Shown: positions 36,261 through 48,490, numbered from the whole stretch's first letter. The stretch: 62,673 nt of DNA, filler included, from Rhabdomonas costata (GCA_019059605.1; 41 parts of 41 records of this genome joined end to end with filler, not necessarily neighbours in it); one strand, 5' to 3'. Translations and numbers: made by a program. The notes: a model not told the origin generated them from the sequence alone.

Positions 36261-37429
36261 GAAGAATTGCTTCCAGACGTACGTATGCAGATTCCTCCGC
36301 TTCTCCCCCAATGAGCTGCCATGCACTGCTGTGTTACAAAGGGTCGAGTTCATTGTCTTTGTGGCCCACCTTCCGGACCTGCGCAAGCAAATGAACAAAT
36401 GAACCACTGCCTTTTCACTCCAGTGTTCGGTGTTTTCAAAGTTGATTTGACGTTTCTCGTTTTCGTACGGGACGCTCTGCGCTGTAGCAGCGCAAAGCGT
36501 CCATGAGTTTGTTAAACTGTGTTCATTGCCATAGAATGGGGAATTGCATGCAAACGGTGTCCGGAATTTTATTGTAACTTCGGAATTTTCGATTTTCGGT
36601 TTTATTTTGGATACGGGATTTTTTTCATGAAATATGGACTTGCAGAACATTGAAAAANNNNNNNNNNNNNNNNNNNNNNNNNNNNNNNNNNNNNNNNNNN
36701 NTTAATTAATTAANNNNNNNNNNNNNNNNNNNNNNNNNNNNNNNNNNNNNNNNNNNNGGGTGGGGTGCGTGCGCGAGACAGTGGTGCAGATGGGTCTGCA
36801 ACTCTGAGGGGGCTCCAGCCCTGCTGCAGCTGAGGAGCGGGCCGCGGAAGGAGGATGCAGGTTTCTTTTCGCCGCCGAAGGTGCTCACGGTGGAGACTGC
36901 CTGTGTGTATCTGCGAACCCCATGGGCGTTGGGCTTCCTTACGAGGCCGACTGTGCTTCATCGTTTGAACTTTGACTGTTTCGCTGGTGGTTTGCGTTTG
37001 GTGCACGCCGCAGACGTACGTGTGCAGTGCGGGTTGATGGTCAAAATGTTTTGTCTTGACGGTGGGTTGCAGGGGCAGTGATTTCGTTCATTGCCGGTAA
37101 CATCTTGAATGAAAATTGTCCTGGAGGGGCAAGGCGACACGATGTTCCAATCTGTATGACTTCTATCGTTGTTGAGCCAATGCCGCCATCCAGTCGAAGG
37201 TATCTTTGATGTTGGGGCGTGAAACATGCTTCGATGTCCTTGGCAAATGCAACCGAGTGATTTGAGCTGATTGATGGGCACCTGAAAAAACGTCTCGGAC
37301 GATTTTTCAGGGCGGATCTAGCTCTCAGGTGTGCCCTGAGATTCCACCTCTTCCACTCCCCTCTCATCTTCCCCAAACACCTTCAGCTCTTCCTGTATGT
37401 CTCCCTGTGTGCTGCCGAAGTGAGAGAGA

Positions 37430-38188
37430 ATGATGGCCGTTTCGCAGCTCCTCGCTGTGCTGGCGCTTGGGGTCGCCCTGGTGGTGCTAGGCTGCGTGCT
37501 GCTGCTCAGCAGCAACCCCTCCCCCGATGACTCCGCAGCCCGCCTTGCGGTGATTCCGCCAAGACCCCATCGTCGTCACCCTTCCCATCGCCCCTCTCCG
37601 CCAGTGCTGCGCTCTCCCATCGTCCCTATGCCGAATTCAGAGCAGCCTCATGAGGAGATTTTCTCACCCGTTCTGGTGGACGAGACTCCCACGGATCCTG
37701 CGGAAGACTTCGACGAGCCTTTGGTAAGCCCAGAAGTTCCCTTTGTAGCTGAGGAGAACATTCCAGCGAAGGCTCAATCTCCTGCACAACGCCACGGAAA
37801 GGGGGCCGGGCACGGCCAGCCTGCTTTGCAAAGCTCTGAGGATGCTGGTCGTGCTCCCAAGGTGGAGGTGGACCCTTCCCATGCGACGGTGAGGCCTTCT
37901 CTGCCCCTTGATGGAAAGCGAACAGATCACTCCAGATCATCCTCGCGGGGCCCTGAAGAGACGTCCTTGCCTTCCTCGCAGCCGAAGAGCAAGCGGGAAG
38001 AGAAGAGGCCTGAGGACCGGAAGGGCTCAGCGCACCGCGCTCAGCCCAGCCCCGTGAAGTCGCCCCCCTCCCCTGGACACCGCGCTAAGGTCATTAGCGG
38101 CGGCAAGGACTTCACCGGCACTGTCATCGTCGCTAAGCGCCGACCCACCATCCACGACGGGCGGTGCAGCCACCTCGTCCCAACCAAC
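37430..38188 (+). CDS. Type II membrane protein N-terminus (signal anchor and long Pro/Ser-rich stem)
   Basis: Hydrophobic LLAVLALGVALVVLGCVLLL followed by a disordered stem. Open to the contig end. Confidence 0.65.
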
Positions 38189-38288
38189 NNNNNNNNNNNN
38201 NNNNNNNNNNNNNNNNNNNNNNNNNNNNNNNNTTAATTAATTAANNNNNNNNNNNNNNNNNNNNNNNNNNNNNNNNNNNNNNNNNNNN

Positions 38289-39649
38289 GGTGGGTTGTTC
38301 TGAAGCAGCTGCGTTTGACGTCCAGGCCTGGTCTAAAGGCTGCGAGTCTGGTGGATGCAGCTGGGAGCGTTCTCGTGTCCGACCTGTTAAATTCCGCCAA
38401 CGACAATGGACGAATGCTAACTGATGGGGATTCCGTGTCAGTCATAACCGAACGGATACCAGTCGAAGGTGCTCGATTGCACGTTGTGGGGACCATTGAT
38501 GAAGGCAGCACGGTTTCCTCTGGGGCTATTCCAACAGCTTTTGTCCAAATGGAAATTCCCGAGAGTTCCCAGGGGAGTCTGGCACGACTTTGTGCTCTTC
38601 GTGAAATTAATCGTTTGCTGTCACAAAGGAAAACCGACGCTGCGGTGGAAAAAAGCATCGCATGCGGGGTTATCTGCCGAGCTACGTGCTTCCTGATCGA
38701 AGGAGTTGAATCTACCACAGTGCGTTATCCTATGAAGCGCGTTCCCCACCCACCTCAGTGCTCAGCAACATCTTTCGCTGGTGCTAACCTCTGCCATGAG
38801 CAGATCGCAGAATTTCGGGAGGCTTTTTCTTTGTTCGACAGGGACGCGGACGGGACAATTGCCACCCATGAACTGGTAACCGTACTCCGGGCTCTGGGGC
38901 AGAACCCCACTGCTGCAGAGGTGCAGGATATGGTGAACGAGGTGGACCAGGATGGGAGTGGTACCATTGACTTTCCTGAGTTTCTTTCACTGATGTCATG
39001 CAGGATGTGCGACACAGACACTGAGCAGGAGTTAGGTGAAGCCTTTCGTGTCTTTGACAGGGATGGCAATGGTTTCATATCAGTCACGGAGCTTCGCCAC
39101 GCATTAACCAACTTGGGCGAGATGCTTCCTGACGACGCTATTGAAGAAATGCTCCGCGAGGTTGAGGTCGATGGCTGTGGTCTCGTCAATTACGAAGAAT
39201 TTGTTAAGATGATGATGTCAATGGACACCCCAGCTACTGCGCCGGTAACTGGCATTCCATCCCTGGCGCCACCTGTGGCGAGCACATCGCGGCAAGCTCC
39301 AGCATCTGTTACCGTCCATGACTTGCTCCTCCTGCAGTCGTTTGAAGGATCTTGGAGTTTACGCGAGGTTCTTCGAGCTTGTGGAGGATTGAGCTCAACG
39401 TTCACCCCTGATACGGTGGCTTGGAACGCCCTGCTCCCTGTTGGACTTGAGCGTGACGTCGGGGACACTCTATTGGTGACTTTGCTGGCACTGTTGGTGC
39501 TCCGCACTAGGTTCGTCTCAGAGCAATTAGCTTGGCAACTCATGGCTGAGAAAGGTATGCGATGGATTTCGGAAAGCGTCCCGCAGTTTTCCACGGTAGC
39601 CTCAGTTCGCTTGGACGCGGCCTTCACGGCTGCCTTCAGCGGTTCTTAA
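38289..39649 (+). CDS. VWA5/PARP4-like (VIT-vWA family) C-terminal region with an embedded calmodulin, 5'-truncated and intronless
   Basis: [13 protein letters not shown]...[18 protein letters not shown] precedes, and [13 protein letters not shown]...[12 protein letters not shown]...[12 protein letters not shown] follows, a four-EF-hand calmodulin at 38789-39220. Confidence 0.85.
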
Positions 39650-40034
39650 AAGGTTGTCAATGTTGGCAGAACCAAAGCTTAAATTTGTGCTTTTTCTTTT
39701 GGGTGTGTACAAACCCAACNNNNNNNNNNNNNNNNNNNNNNNNNNNNNNNNNNNNNNNNNNNNTTAATTAATTAANNNNNNNNNNNNNNNNNNNNNNNNN
39801 NNNNNNNNNNNNNNNNNNNGGTTTGTGTGTGTGTGTGTGTGTCTTTGTAGCTCTAACTCTCGGGCTGGGTTCTTCTATGAAGAACACAGGAACCACTTTT
39901 GCAGGTTCCCAGTTGTTCCCTCGGGCAGGGCTCACTCTCTCGGGCCAACGGGCATAGACATGCATAGTTGTAGGAGGGTTGCTGGTGACCGAATGAGAGA
40001 TATCTGCCATCCCATTCAACTCACAGAAGCGTAC

Positions 40035-40956
40035 CGCAGGCCAGTGGAGACCGTGCCGGCACCCCCGTGGTGACACACGGCGCTGCACAGCGGAAACAGC
40101 CAATCATGGGGCACTGGTTCCTTCAGCAGGAAGATGTTGGGGTTGCTCTGCATTCCCCGGCCAAGCTTGGCCCAGCCCTGTGAAGTGGGATGAAATCCTT
40201 ACTGGATGATTGTGTTCACACACACGATGAAGAGCTGGTAGGCGGGGCGTCGGCTCCAGCGACGAGGAGGCGACAAATTTGTACCCCCACGGCAGATTAA
40301 GTCACAGTGGAAGAAGGAGGAAGAGGGGGCTCCCAGCCAACTTTCTAAGCAAAAAAGATCAGACATGCCTCGTCTGCAAAGTTAGGAACCCATTGAAAAA
40401 AGAACCCAGCGCAATGAGTGCGCCCCCACTGTAGCGAGGGTTACTTTGTTTTATTAAAATGGATCGACAATAAGAGGTCTAAACAGAGGCAGGAGCAGGG
40501 TCTTTTTGTATGTACAGCACGCCTCACGAAATGCGGGGTGGCCGGCCCTTAGGAGTCAAGGTTTCCTGACCTTAGTCGGTTGTGGTGTCCCTTAGGTCCC
40601 CTTACAGGGGTCTAAAAATGGATCCAGCAGCGATGAGAAAGATGCGCAGTAGAAGGAGTTCGAGACCTCGTGAATAATGGCCCGCTTGCCGCTCTTCAGC
40701 ACGCCCTCAACCACTGTTTCTGAGAGCGACTTCGGGTCGTCCACCACAATTGACCCAAAGCCTATGTAGAACGGCGGGGACCCGCTCTCCAGAAACTGCA
40801 CCAACCGGGGCACCCGAATCTCTGGGTCGAAGTCCTGCTTCTCCTCCAGGGGCCAGAACCCCACCACGTCAATGTGGGGGCCCCAGTCCGAGGGCTTGGG
40901 CATCAGGCACTCGGAGATGCAGTAGGTCTGCGGGATCAGAGCCCGGTTGATAATAC
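40035..40956 (-). CDS. Sterol 3-beta-glucosyltransferase (UGT80/Atg26-like GT1), exons 40956-40667 and 40177-40035
   Basis: PKPSDWGPHIDVVGFW, PPFYIGFGSIVVDDP, GW..LG, VPHDWLFPLCSAVCHHGGAGT. Confidence 0.95.
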
Positions 40957-41368
40957 CTGCGCCGGGAAAGCCAAAGAGACTTCCAGGAAGGATACGAATA
41001 AAGAGAGCAAAGAACTTCACCCTTTAAGCCAGCGACATTGCCCCGCCAAAAGTCCCCCCGTGTGAGCACCAAGGCTGCGCGCGTCTAGACTAATGACTAT
41101 GAAGTTTCAATTCTTCTCCGTTTCCTTCCCGCTTTCCCTTCTCCTCCGTCTTTTTCTTTCGCACAAAAGGAAGTATCCATGGCATGCACGCACGGGGTGC
41201 AAACCTAGCAGCGGCACACAGCAAAGGGTTGAATGCACACAACAACAACNNNNNNNNNNNNNNNNNNNNNNNNNNNNNNNNNNNNNNNNNNNNTTAATTA
41301 ATTAANNNNNNNNNNNNNNNNNNNNNNNNNNNNNNNNNNNNNNNNNNNNGTGGTGGTGTCCTTTGACG

Positions 41369-42680
41369 CGGTTCAGACCCTGAACCTCGTCAAAGGACAC
41401 CAGCGGGACCATCACCACGTGCTGCCATACAACAGCTACCATTGCGCGGTAGACAACAGGGGTGCAGTGGGCAAACCGCCGTTTCGACTGAAGAGAAGCC
41501 CATAGCTTGTTCCAACCAGCTCGAGAGGGGACCTCGGGCGTACCCTGTGGCTCCATCATAAAGTTTCGACCACAGAGGAGAAACCACGGCTGCGGAGGTG
41601 AGCTGGAGAGGGTGCTTTTCTGTTTGATGGTAAAATGAGCAGAGGGGCGGGATGATATGGAAGGCAGGCGGAAAGGCCACAACTTGAGTCTTCTGCGAGC
41701 AAACAGCTTCTTCAATGAATCTATGGTCTGCTGTTCCCAGGCACTATTCAAAGAACAGGGTGGGCAGGAGGTTACCTGGTACCGAAGAGTAAGAAATGTA
41801 TCACAGTGCAGCTCGAACCAGGCATGACAACACAGAGCAATAAGTCTCTGCGGGTTGCGGTCAATCTGATCCGGCGTCATACACGTTCTTCGATGTAGGT
41901 CGATACAGGTCGAAGAAAGCGCAATTGCAAAAAACGCGGGAGGGAAGTTGCCCATCGTTCTAGCAGTGGAAGAGTTCCTCCAAAACAGAGTGTGCAGCAC
42001 GTTCCCAGCAGCTACGAGGAAACCCTGCAACTTTACACTGCTTTTTGATTTGAGTGAGCAGCGACTGTTGAACGACATGCAGTGAAAGAAACACACGCAT
42101 TTGAAATGGACGCGAGTTCAAATGGGTGGCCAAAGCTTTGCAGAACGGGAGGAAATGCCACTCTCGCGTCACCACGTGGCCACGTATTCGAGGATGCCCA
42201 TGAAGTGAGCTGCAGGAACACAGTCCAAGACCTTCCACCGGAACCTGCGGGGGTACCAACACTGAAGGCGCCACATAGATGAAGTGCACCGTCAGATTAC
42301 AGCAATACAAGGCGTTTGGAGCGACGAAGGTAGTTGTTTGACCACAGACGTGAAAATGCGTTGCGTAACCTTAAGCAGCAGGACAAGGAAAAGTGATCCT
42401 AGGAGAGGAGCGCAGAGAAAAGAGTGACGCGATGCAACTTGGCAGCGGTTGTCCGGTCTCCAAGCCCTCGAACCGTGACAATAAGGGATGCCCAATGCCA
42501 TGATGAGAGTCGGGGGTGAGCTTGGCGAAGCACACGCGAAGCAACGGTCATGGCATCATCCGACCACCACGACGAAAGCAAATGGGAAAGAATGGGGCTC
42601 GGCGATTCCTCAGAAACATACTGTTCGTTGAAGGTCGGCGCCAAGCGTCGAATGAAAAATCGTTCGGCGCGGTTCAGACC
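41369..42680 (-). mobile_element. Two partial tandem copies of a degenerate GIY-YIG endonuclease-encoding repeat (about 41369-41600 and 42310-42680)
   Basis: Composite peptide AVVSPLWSKLYDGATG...VYRAMVAVVWQHVVMVPL...GLNRAERFFIRRLAPTFN. Homologous to 61440-61904. Confidence 0.65.
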
Positions 42681-42880
42681 ACAGGGTGGGGTGGGGGTCT
42701 GGCTTTGCCCCCCCCCCCCCAAGCAACTTATCATGGTTTTTTGCTCCTTTTTTTACAAACCCAGGGCATGCCCAAACAAANNNNNNNNNNNNNNNNNNNN
42801 NNNNNNNNNNNNNNNNNNNNNNNNTTAATTAATTAANNNNNNNNNNNNNNNNNNNNNNNNNNNNNNNNNNNNNNNNNNNN

Positions 42881-44304
42881 AAGAAGAACATTGCTAACCT
42901 GCAAACGAAAGCATTGCACTCCAACAACAGGAAACCACAAAGTACCACAAACCACAAACCACAAGTGGAGGGTGGAGAGGTACGAAAAAAAAGAAGGTAA
43001 GGCACGAATCAAAGCACTGCGGAAGAGCTGAGCGTAATAGTGCCAAGTGCACACAAAGACGCTCAACAATTCAATAAGCAACCAGCAGCATCGCCATGTA
43101 GTCCGCGCTGAGCCCGCGCAGCACTCCGACCCACTCAACGTGAGGCAGGCCGGTCAGCGGGAGCAGAACCCGCCGGGTGAGCCCAGAGGCTCCAGCTGAT
43201 TTCTGAACAGGAAAAGGGGGGTCGCGAAGATTGTAATTACAGGAAGCAAACCGAGAAAAACAAAATACCCATAGCTGCTTCTTCCAGTGAACGCAAGCGC
43301 AAACAACCAAAATCCCCTCCTCCCACAGTTAATGACCCCACTCCTACCACACCATTCACACCGCAAAGCTCACGTTCAACCACACCTCATCTCATTGAAG
43401 TGCTCTGTTTCTCTTTGCCCGCCACTCGCACGCTCACAACAAGGCCTTCTTCTCCGGGCTCAGTGCTCAAAGCCACCCCTCGACCGAACTCCCTGACCCC
43501 CAAAGAAGAAACCAAGGCGGGTTGAGACAAAGGAGTGAAGGAAGCACTGCAGCGTTTTCCAATCCGCGAAAATCGAATCAAAATCCTCCTTTAAACGGCA
43601 GAGATGCCGAGATTCCTTATATCTTCCTTTTTTCGGGTGTCCAGGCCCACTTTCGGGACACACCACTGAGACAAAGTACGTGTACGACTCCCAGGCCGCG
43701 GCGAAGCCCCGGCGGTAAACACTGTCCTCCCCATGGACAAACTGCCAGCACCAGAACCTGAACTTCGGGTGGGCCTTGTGCTGAGGCAGCTGCATGTACA
43801 GGTAGCAAACCAGCTCGCACAGACCCTGGAGAAGGGGATAGAACAACCCTTGCAACACAACGGCATAATTTTCAACAAATCCACGCTGGTGTCCTGGTGA
43901 CAGAAAAGAACAAGTATTGCACTCTTACAAAGTCTGTAGGAGAGTGTGCGAGCTTCGAAGCAAGATGAACTCGATCCCCAATTTGAAATTGTGCAAAATC
44001 CGCACCTCCTCAACTATCACACCCATGTTCAGCACGTCGAAGCCCGTAAGGAAGAGGTAGGCATGGGTGAGCTCGTGGGCCTGTCGGGCGACCCAAGAAA
44101 GCTCGAGGGGCACCTCTCAAACTTTCATGCCAAGAATTGTTTGAAACGGCTGCTTCCTAAAAACGTGTCACTTGGAGAAGAAGAACATTGCTAACCTGCA
44201 AACGAAAGCATTGCACTCCAACAACAGGAAACCACAAAGTACCACAAACCACAAACCACAAACCACAAGTGGAGGGTGGAGAGGTACGAAAAAAAAGAAG
44301 GTAA
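42881..44304. repeat. Contig-spanning direct repeat with period 1,297 bp (42881-43000 repeated at 44178-44304)
   Basis: The two ends are identical except for one extra ACCACAA unit in the second copy. Confidence 0.95.
43083..44080 (-). CDS. DA1-like (DUF3633) zinc metallopeptidase domain in four circularly permuted exons (44080-44006, 43825-43680, 43492-43438, 43202-43083)
   Basis: VGVLRGLSADYMAMLL|AHELTHAYL...VEE|GLCELVCYLYM...DSVYRRGF matches DA1 AHEMMHAWL, EEG+C and S.VYG.GF. Confidence 0.85.
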
Positions 44305-44448
44305 NNNNNNNNNNNNNNNNNNNNNNNNNNNNNNNNNNNNNNNNNNNNTTAATTAATTAANNNNNNNNNNNNNNNNNNNNNNNNNNNNNNNNNNNNNNNN
44401 NNNNTTGTTGGGGGGTGTTGAGCTACAACACGAGGGTTAGCATCCACT

Positions 44449-45805
44449 TCAATTCGAGCTACACGGTGGATCAGTGAGTGAGTCAGTTGGTGGTACAGCT
44501 TCTGCAGTGGAGCAGCCGCCTGGTATCACCGACGAAGCCGATGCATCCGCGGAGCAGCCCCCAGAAGCCCTAGCTCCGGATTCACCAGCGGTCGCCTCGG
44601 AAGAGGGGGAGGTTGGATCCTTAGAAGCGGAGGAGGAGGCAGAAGGCGAGGGTTTCTGCTGCTGGCGTTCCTGCGTGGCGGCCTGCTCGGCCGCCTTGCG
44701 CTGCTTTTTCCATTCCTTCTTCGCGAGCTGCTGCCGCTCCAGCAAAGCCTTCAGGTCACTGCAGTCCCCAGGAGGAGGCGCCTTTGCGGGTTTTGTTGCT
44801 TTTGCAAATGTATTACTGCCGTTGCTATTTGTGTGGTTGCGTTCACACGTTTCACCTCTTTGAAAAAAAAAATGTAAACGTGCAACATGGGACAACTTGC
44901 GCAGTTGCGGTCGGTTTCTATCTCTCGCTTTAGAGAGGGAATTTTAAAATGGACAAATTGACAAGGCAACCGCCTCTAAACGGGCACCCGATCGTGGTTG
45001 CAGTCATCAAGGAGACTGTTTGCCGCCAAAACCCCAAAACTCTCAAACAGCAGGGCAGGCCTATTCACTACACTTCACCAACATCCCAACCGTGCTCGCT
45101 TTTTGTCCCCTCTTCCGTCCCTGTTTCATGCTGTCTGAAAGAGGTCAGCTTCGACAGGACCAGTGGGCTTTAGCTGCAATATGAAGTTTGAGTGCAAAGC
45201 CAGTTGGGATGGACGTCATCATGTATAGCAGTAGCAATCAGGAAAACAAGATAACAGGGAAGAGGTAACATTATAAGAGTGGTGGAGTGGACAGGCTAAT
45301 ATGACTTCATGGATCGACACGCGCCGTGTCGCACTGAGACCCCTGCAGAACCCAGATGCTCTCTGATGGGACTCCTGCATCTCGCTGAAATCCTCTATGA
45401 GACACAGAAACTTGAGCAATGTCTCAGAGAACTTCTCCCATGCTTCTCCAAGGCTCCCTCCTCTCCCACAAAGCTGGGAAGATGCCTTTCCAAATTGCCG
45501 GAGAGCCAGTGTCGACTGGGGGCATTATCCCATATTACTTCGCATTTTCTTTGGCCGTTTCTCTGGACGTACACTTAATACCAATGGATGTGACGGAGCA
45601 GCATGCATGCCTCCATCCGTCGCTTCACGGGCTCTCTCTTGGGCCTTCCGCGGCCCCGCGTGATCCCCGCTGCGGCGATGTCCCCGCCGAGGATGCCTGA
45701 GGCTTCCTTTTGAAGGGCCCGGATGTCCTCCAGCTTGGCCACATCAGACTGCCGGCAGATGGTTTGCCATCCCCCACCGTCAGGCATGGACGCTTTGTTT
45801 GACAC
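44449..45805 (-). CDS. Probable exons of an unknown protein with an AT-hook-like RGRGRPKR and a coiled/Ser-rich segment
   Basis: GC3-rich protein-like ORFs at about 45805-45615 and 44790-44449. Confidence 0.4.
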
Positions 45806-47890
45806 ACAGCAGAAAAGTGAGAAGAACCCCCAACANNNNNNNNNNNNNNNNNNNNNNNNNNNNNNNNNNNNNNNNNNNNTTAATTAATTAANNNNNNNNN
45901 NNNNNNNNNNNNNNNNNNNNNNNNNNNNNNNNNNNTTGTGGGGGTCTTCCCCTCTATGCAAGCAACCTATCCTTCTTTGCATACCTTTCATCCACAGGCA
46001 AAAAAGCAACAGTATCTCTGCACGTCGCAGTCAAAACCACAACCCGCCTTCATATGAAGAAAAAAGCCTGCCCAAAAAGACCATTGTCTGGACACTTCAT
46101 TGGCCCCATTAGCCCAGGCCACTGCCACACAAAGTGGACGCGAAAGAGGGGAGGTGCGAAAACCAGGAGGGACTTCCTGATCGGGCACAACGCCGGGGCA
46201 GAGCACAGGAGTAGTCGAAATGTCCACCACTGCGGGGCGGGGGTGCAACAACCAACAACTGAAACAGAATGAAAAACTAGTGCTGGCACACCGGCGTTCT
46301 TTCTCTTAACAAAACCTCAGCCCAATTTAAAGACTAAGCTGCCGAGGATAGCGCTTAAGGGTCCCGAAACGAAACGAAACGAAACGATTTCACGTCGCCA
46401 CAAGCCACAAGGTCGAACATGCGAAATTCTCCTCGGAATTCAAATCACCGTTTTTACGGGGTTGAAAGGGGGGCATTTTACGGGGAAAATACACCAAAAA
46501 GAGATCAAAACAACACCATTAACTGCTCAAAACGGCGAACAAACACGTTTTTCGGCACCCCCGACCTCAAAAACAAAAAGTTGGGTAGATTTCCAGGAGC
46601 CCCATTTTAGACCCACATCAGCGGACTCCATTGAAGGCCAAAAGTCGGTCTTTTGAGGGTCAAAACGGTGGAATCAAAGCTCCAAAGGCTGTTTCACGTG
46701 CTCGCGGACCTTGGGCGGGGGATCTTTTCCGGCTTGGACTCGAAGTGTATACAAAACCGCTAAGTCGACAGAAGGGACCTGACCGCCACTGGCATAATTT
46801 TTTCCAGAGCTACCACCTAGCCTTCGAGTCGTCGGCAAGAACGACTTCTATGTATAGCCCACCACTGGAATCACTGCCTACCCCTAGATCCCTGCCGCTC
46901 TGCCATCATGGCGAGGGAGAACAAGAAAGCAGTGCAACGGGGGCAAACCCGTGTAGTTCGCCGGGGGCAGCGTTGTGGGGATGGACCCGGCATTGCTGAG
47001 GTTGCGAGACTTCCGGTGGCCCCTCACTCGGCTCAGGTACCTGCGGCAGAGCTCATGCTGTTCCTCTTGCCGTTCAAACTCCTCCACCTCAACCGCTCGC
47101 TCATCCGCCTAACAGAGTGAGCACTTGTGTTAGTACAATTAAAAAGAACCCACCGCGCGGTCATTCATCAGCTTGCAGTAATTCTGCCCTTCTAAGTCAG
47201 TGATGTAAGCTCTGAAATTTCTTCTTTTTGCTTTGCGGTTTTAGTGAGAAGGGATGTGACAATGAAGAGATTTGCCATCGAAGCAGTGGAGAACTTCCCA
47301 TGTGCTCACGGAGAGCAACATTGTGTTAAAAACACACTGCTACATAACAACGGTACCGCATTAAACNNNNNNNNNNNNNNNNNNNNNNNNNNNNNNNNNN
47401 NNNNNNNNNNTTAATTAATTAANNNNNNNNNNNNNNNNNNNNNNNNNNNNNNNNNNNNNNNNNNNNTTGTGGTGGTGATCAAACAAGGAAAAGGTGAAGG
47501 AAGACTATGAAAAGATTGTGATTGCAATGTGCTGTGACAGGAAATTCAGTAAGGGGAAATGGAACAGCAATCCCAACTGCTTCCACGCGCAACTGTCTTG
47601 AGTTCATGCTGGAGTGACACAATTCAAAATGGGACAGACAGGCAGAAAAAGCAGTTAGTTATGCTCGCCAGTTCCTCGGGCAGTTGATTGCCAGCTTGCA
47701 AAAAGCCGCTCGGGGAAAATAGTGCCAGGTGCCAACCGCAGTGCAGTGATATCGAAATAACGTTTCCTGAACGAACCCACACGAAGGGAGAAGAGATTGT
47801 AAGAGGATAAATAAACGGACGGGCAGGGCAGCGAAGTGCAGCACCCGCAAACATTGCGCTCCCAAAAGAATACTCTTCTCACAAGCTTGT

Positions 47891-48490
47891 TTACTGCACT
47901 TCCCTGACCAAAGTCTGAAACCCTGGGTAGGCAGCCGCCATAAACTCCACAATTGCCTGTGCCAACACCCCGGCAAACGCCTCCACAGCCTCCGGGGTGG
48001 TCCGCGCCATGAACATGGTTTCCACCTGCACTGTGGAGACCGCAGGGTTGGCCCCGGCATAGTGCTGCGCCGTAAAGGCGCCCCAGAAGTAACGGCAGGG
48101 CTTGGTGCTATGAGTGAACTGAGGCTTCCCGTCCTCTGCGACGAAGCACTCATGTGGACCCTCGCACAAGCACGGGTGAGGAGTGGAGGGGCTGGGAACG
48201 CAGGGGTGCCCCAGACGCTCGAGAAAGTAGCCCAAGCTGTGACGGCCTCGCACCAGCTCGTGAAGAGGAAGCTCCGGCCGGATCTGGCAGAGGTTGCGGA
48301 GGGTGCACGCCGGAGTGAAGCGGTCGAGCTCGGAGTCGGGGCACCGCAGGTCGGGGTTCTTGAGACCGTAGCCTAGCTCGGTGCAAGCCCGGTGGCTCTG
48401 GCCGTGGATGTCGAAGAGGTGGGCGTATGAGAACTGCGCCACCGAGGCCTGAAGGCTCGCGGTGACGTTGTCGTGGTACTGCTGCCAAAC
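47891..48490 (-). CDS. N-formylglutamate amidohydrolase-like (Zn-exopeptidase fold) protein, final exon
   Basis: VWQQYH...LFDIHGQSH...ELGYGL...LVRGRHSLG..L...G..CVPSP...YFWGAFT...VQVET. The 600-nt exon follows a TAG acceptor. Confidence 0.7.
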   Translation of the reverse strand, partial: VWQQYHDNVTASLQASVAQFSYAHLFDIHGQSHRACTELGYGLKNPDLRCPDSELDRFTPACTLRNLCQIRPELPLHELVRGRHSLGYFLERLGHPCVPSPSTPHPCLCEGPHECFVAEDGKPQFTHSTKPCRYFWGAFTAQHYAGANPAVSTVQVETMFMARTTPEAVEAFAGVLAQAIVEFMAAAYPGFQTLVREVQ

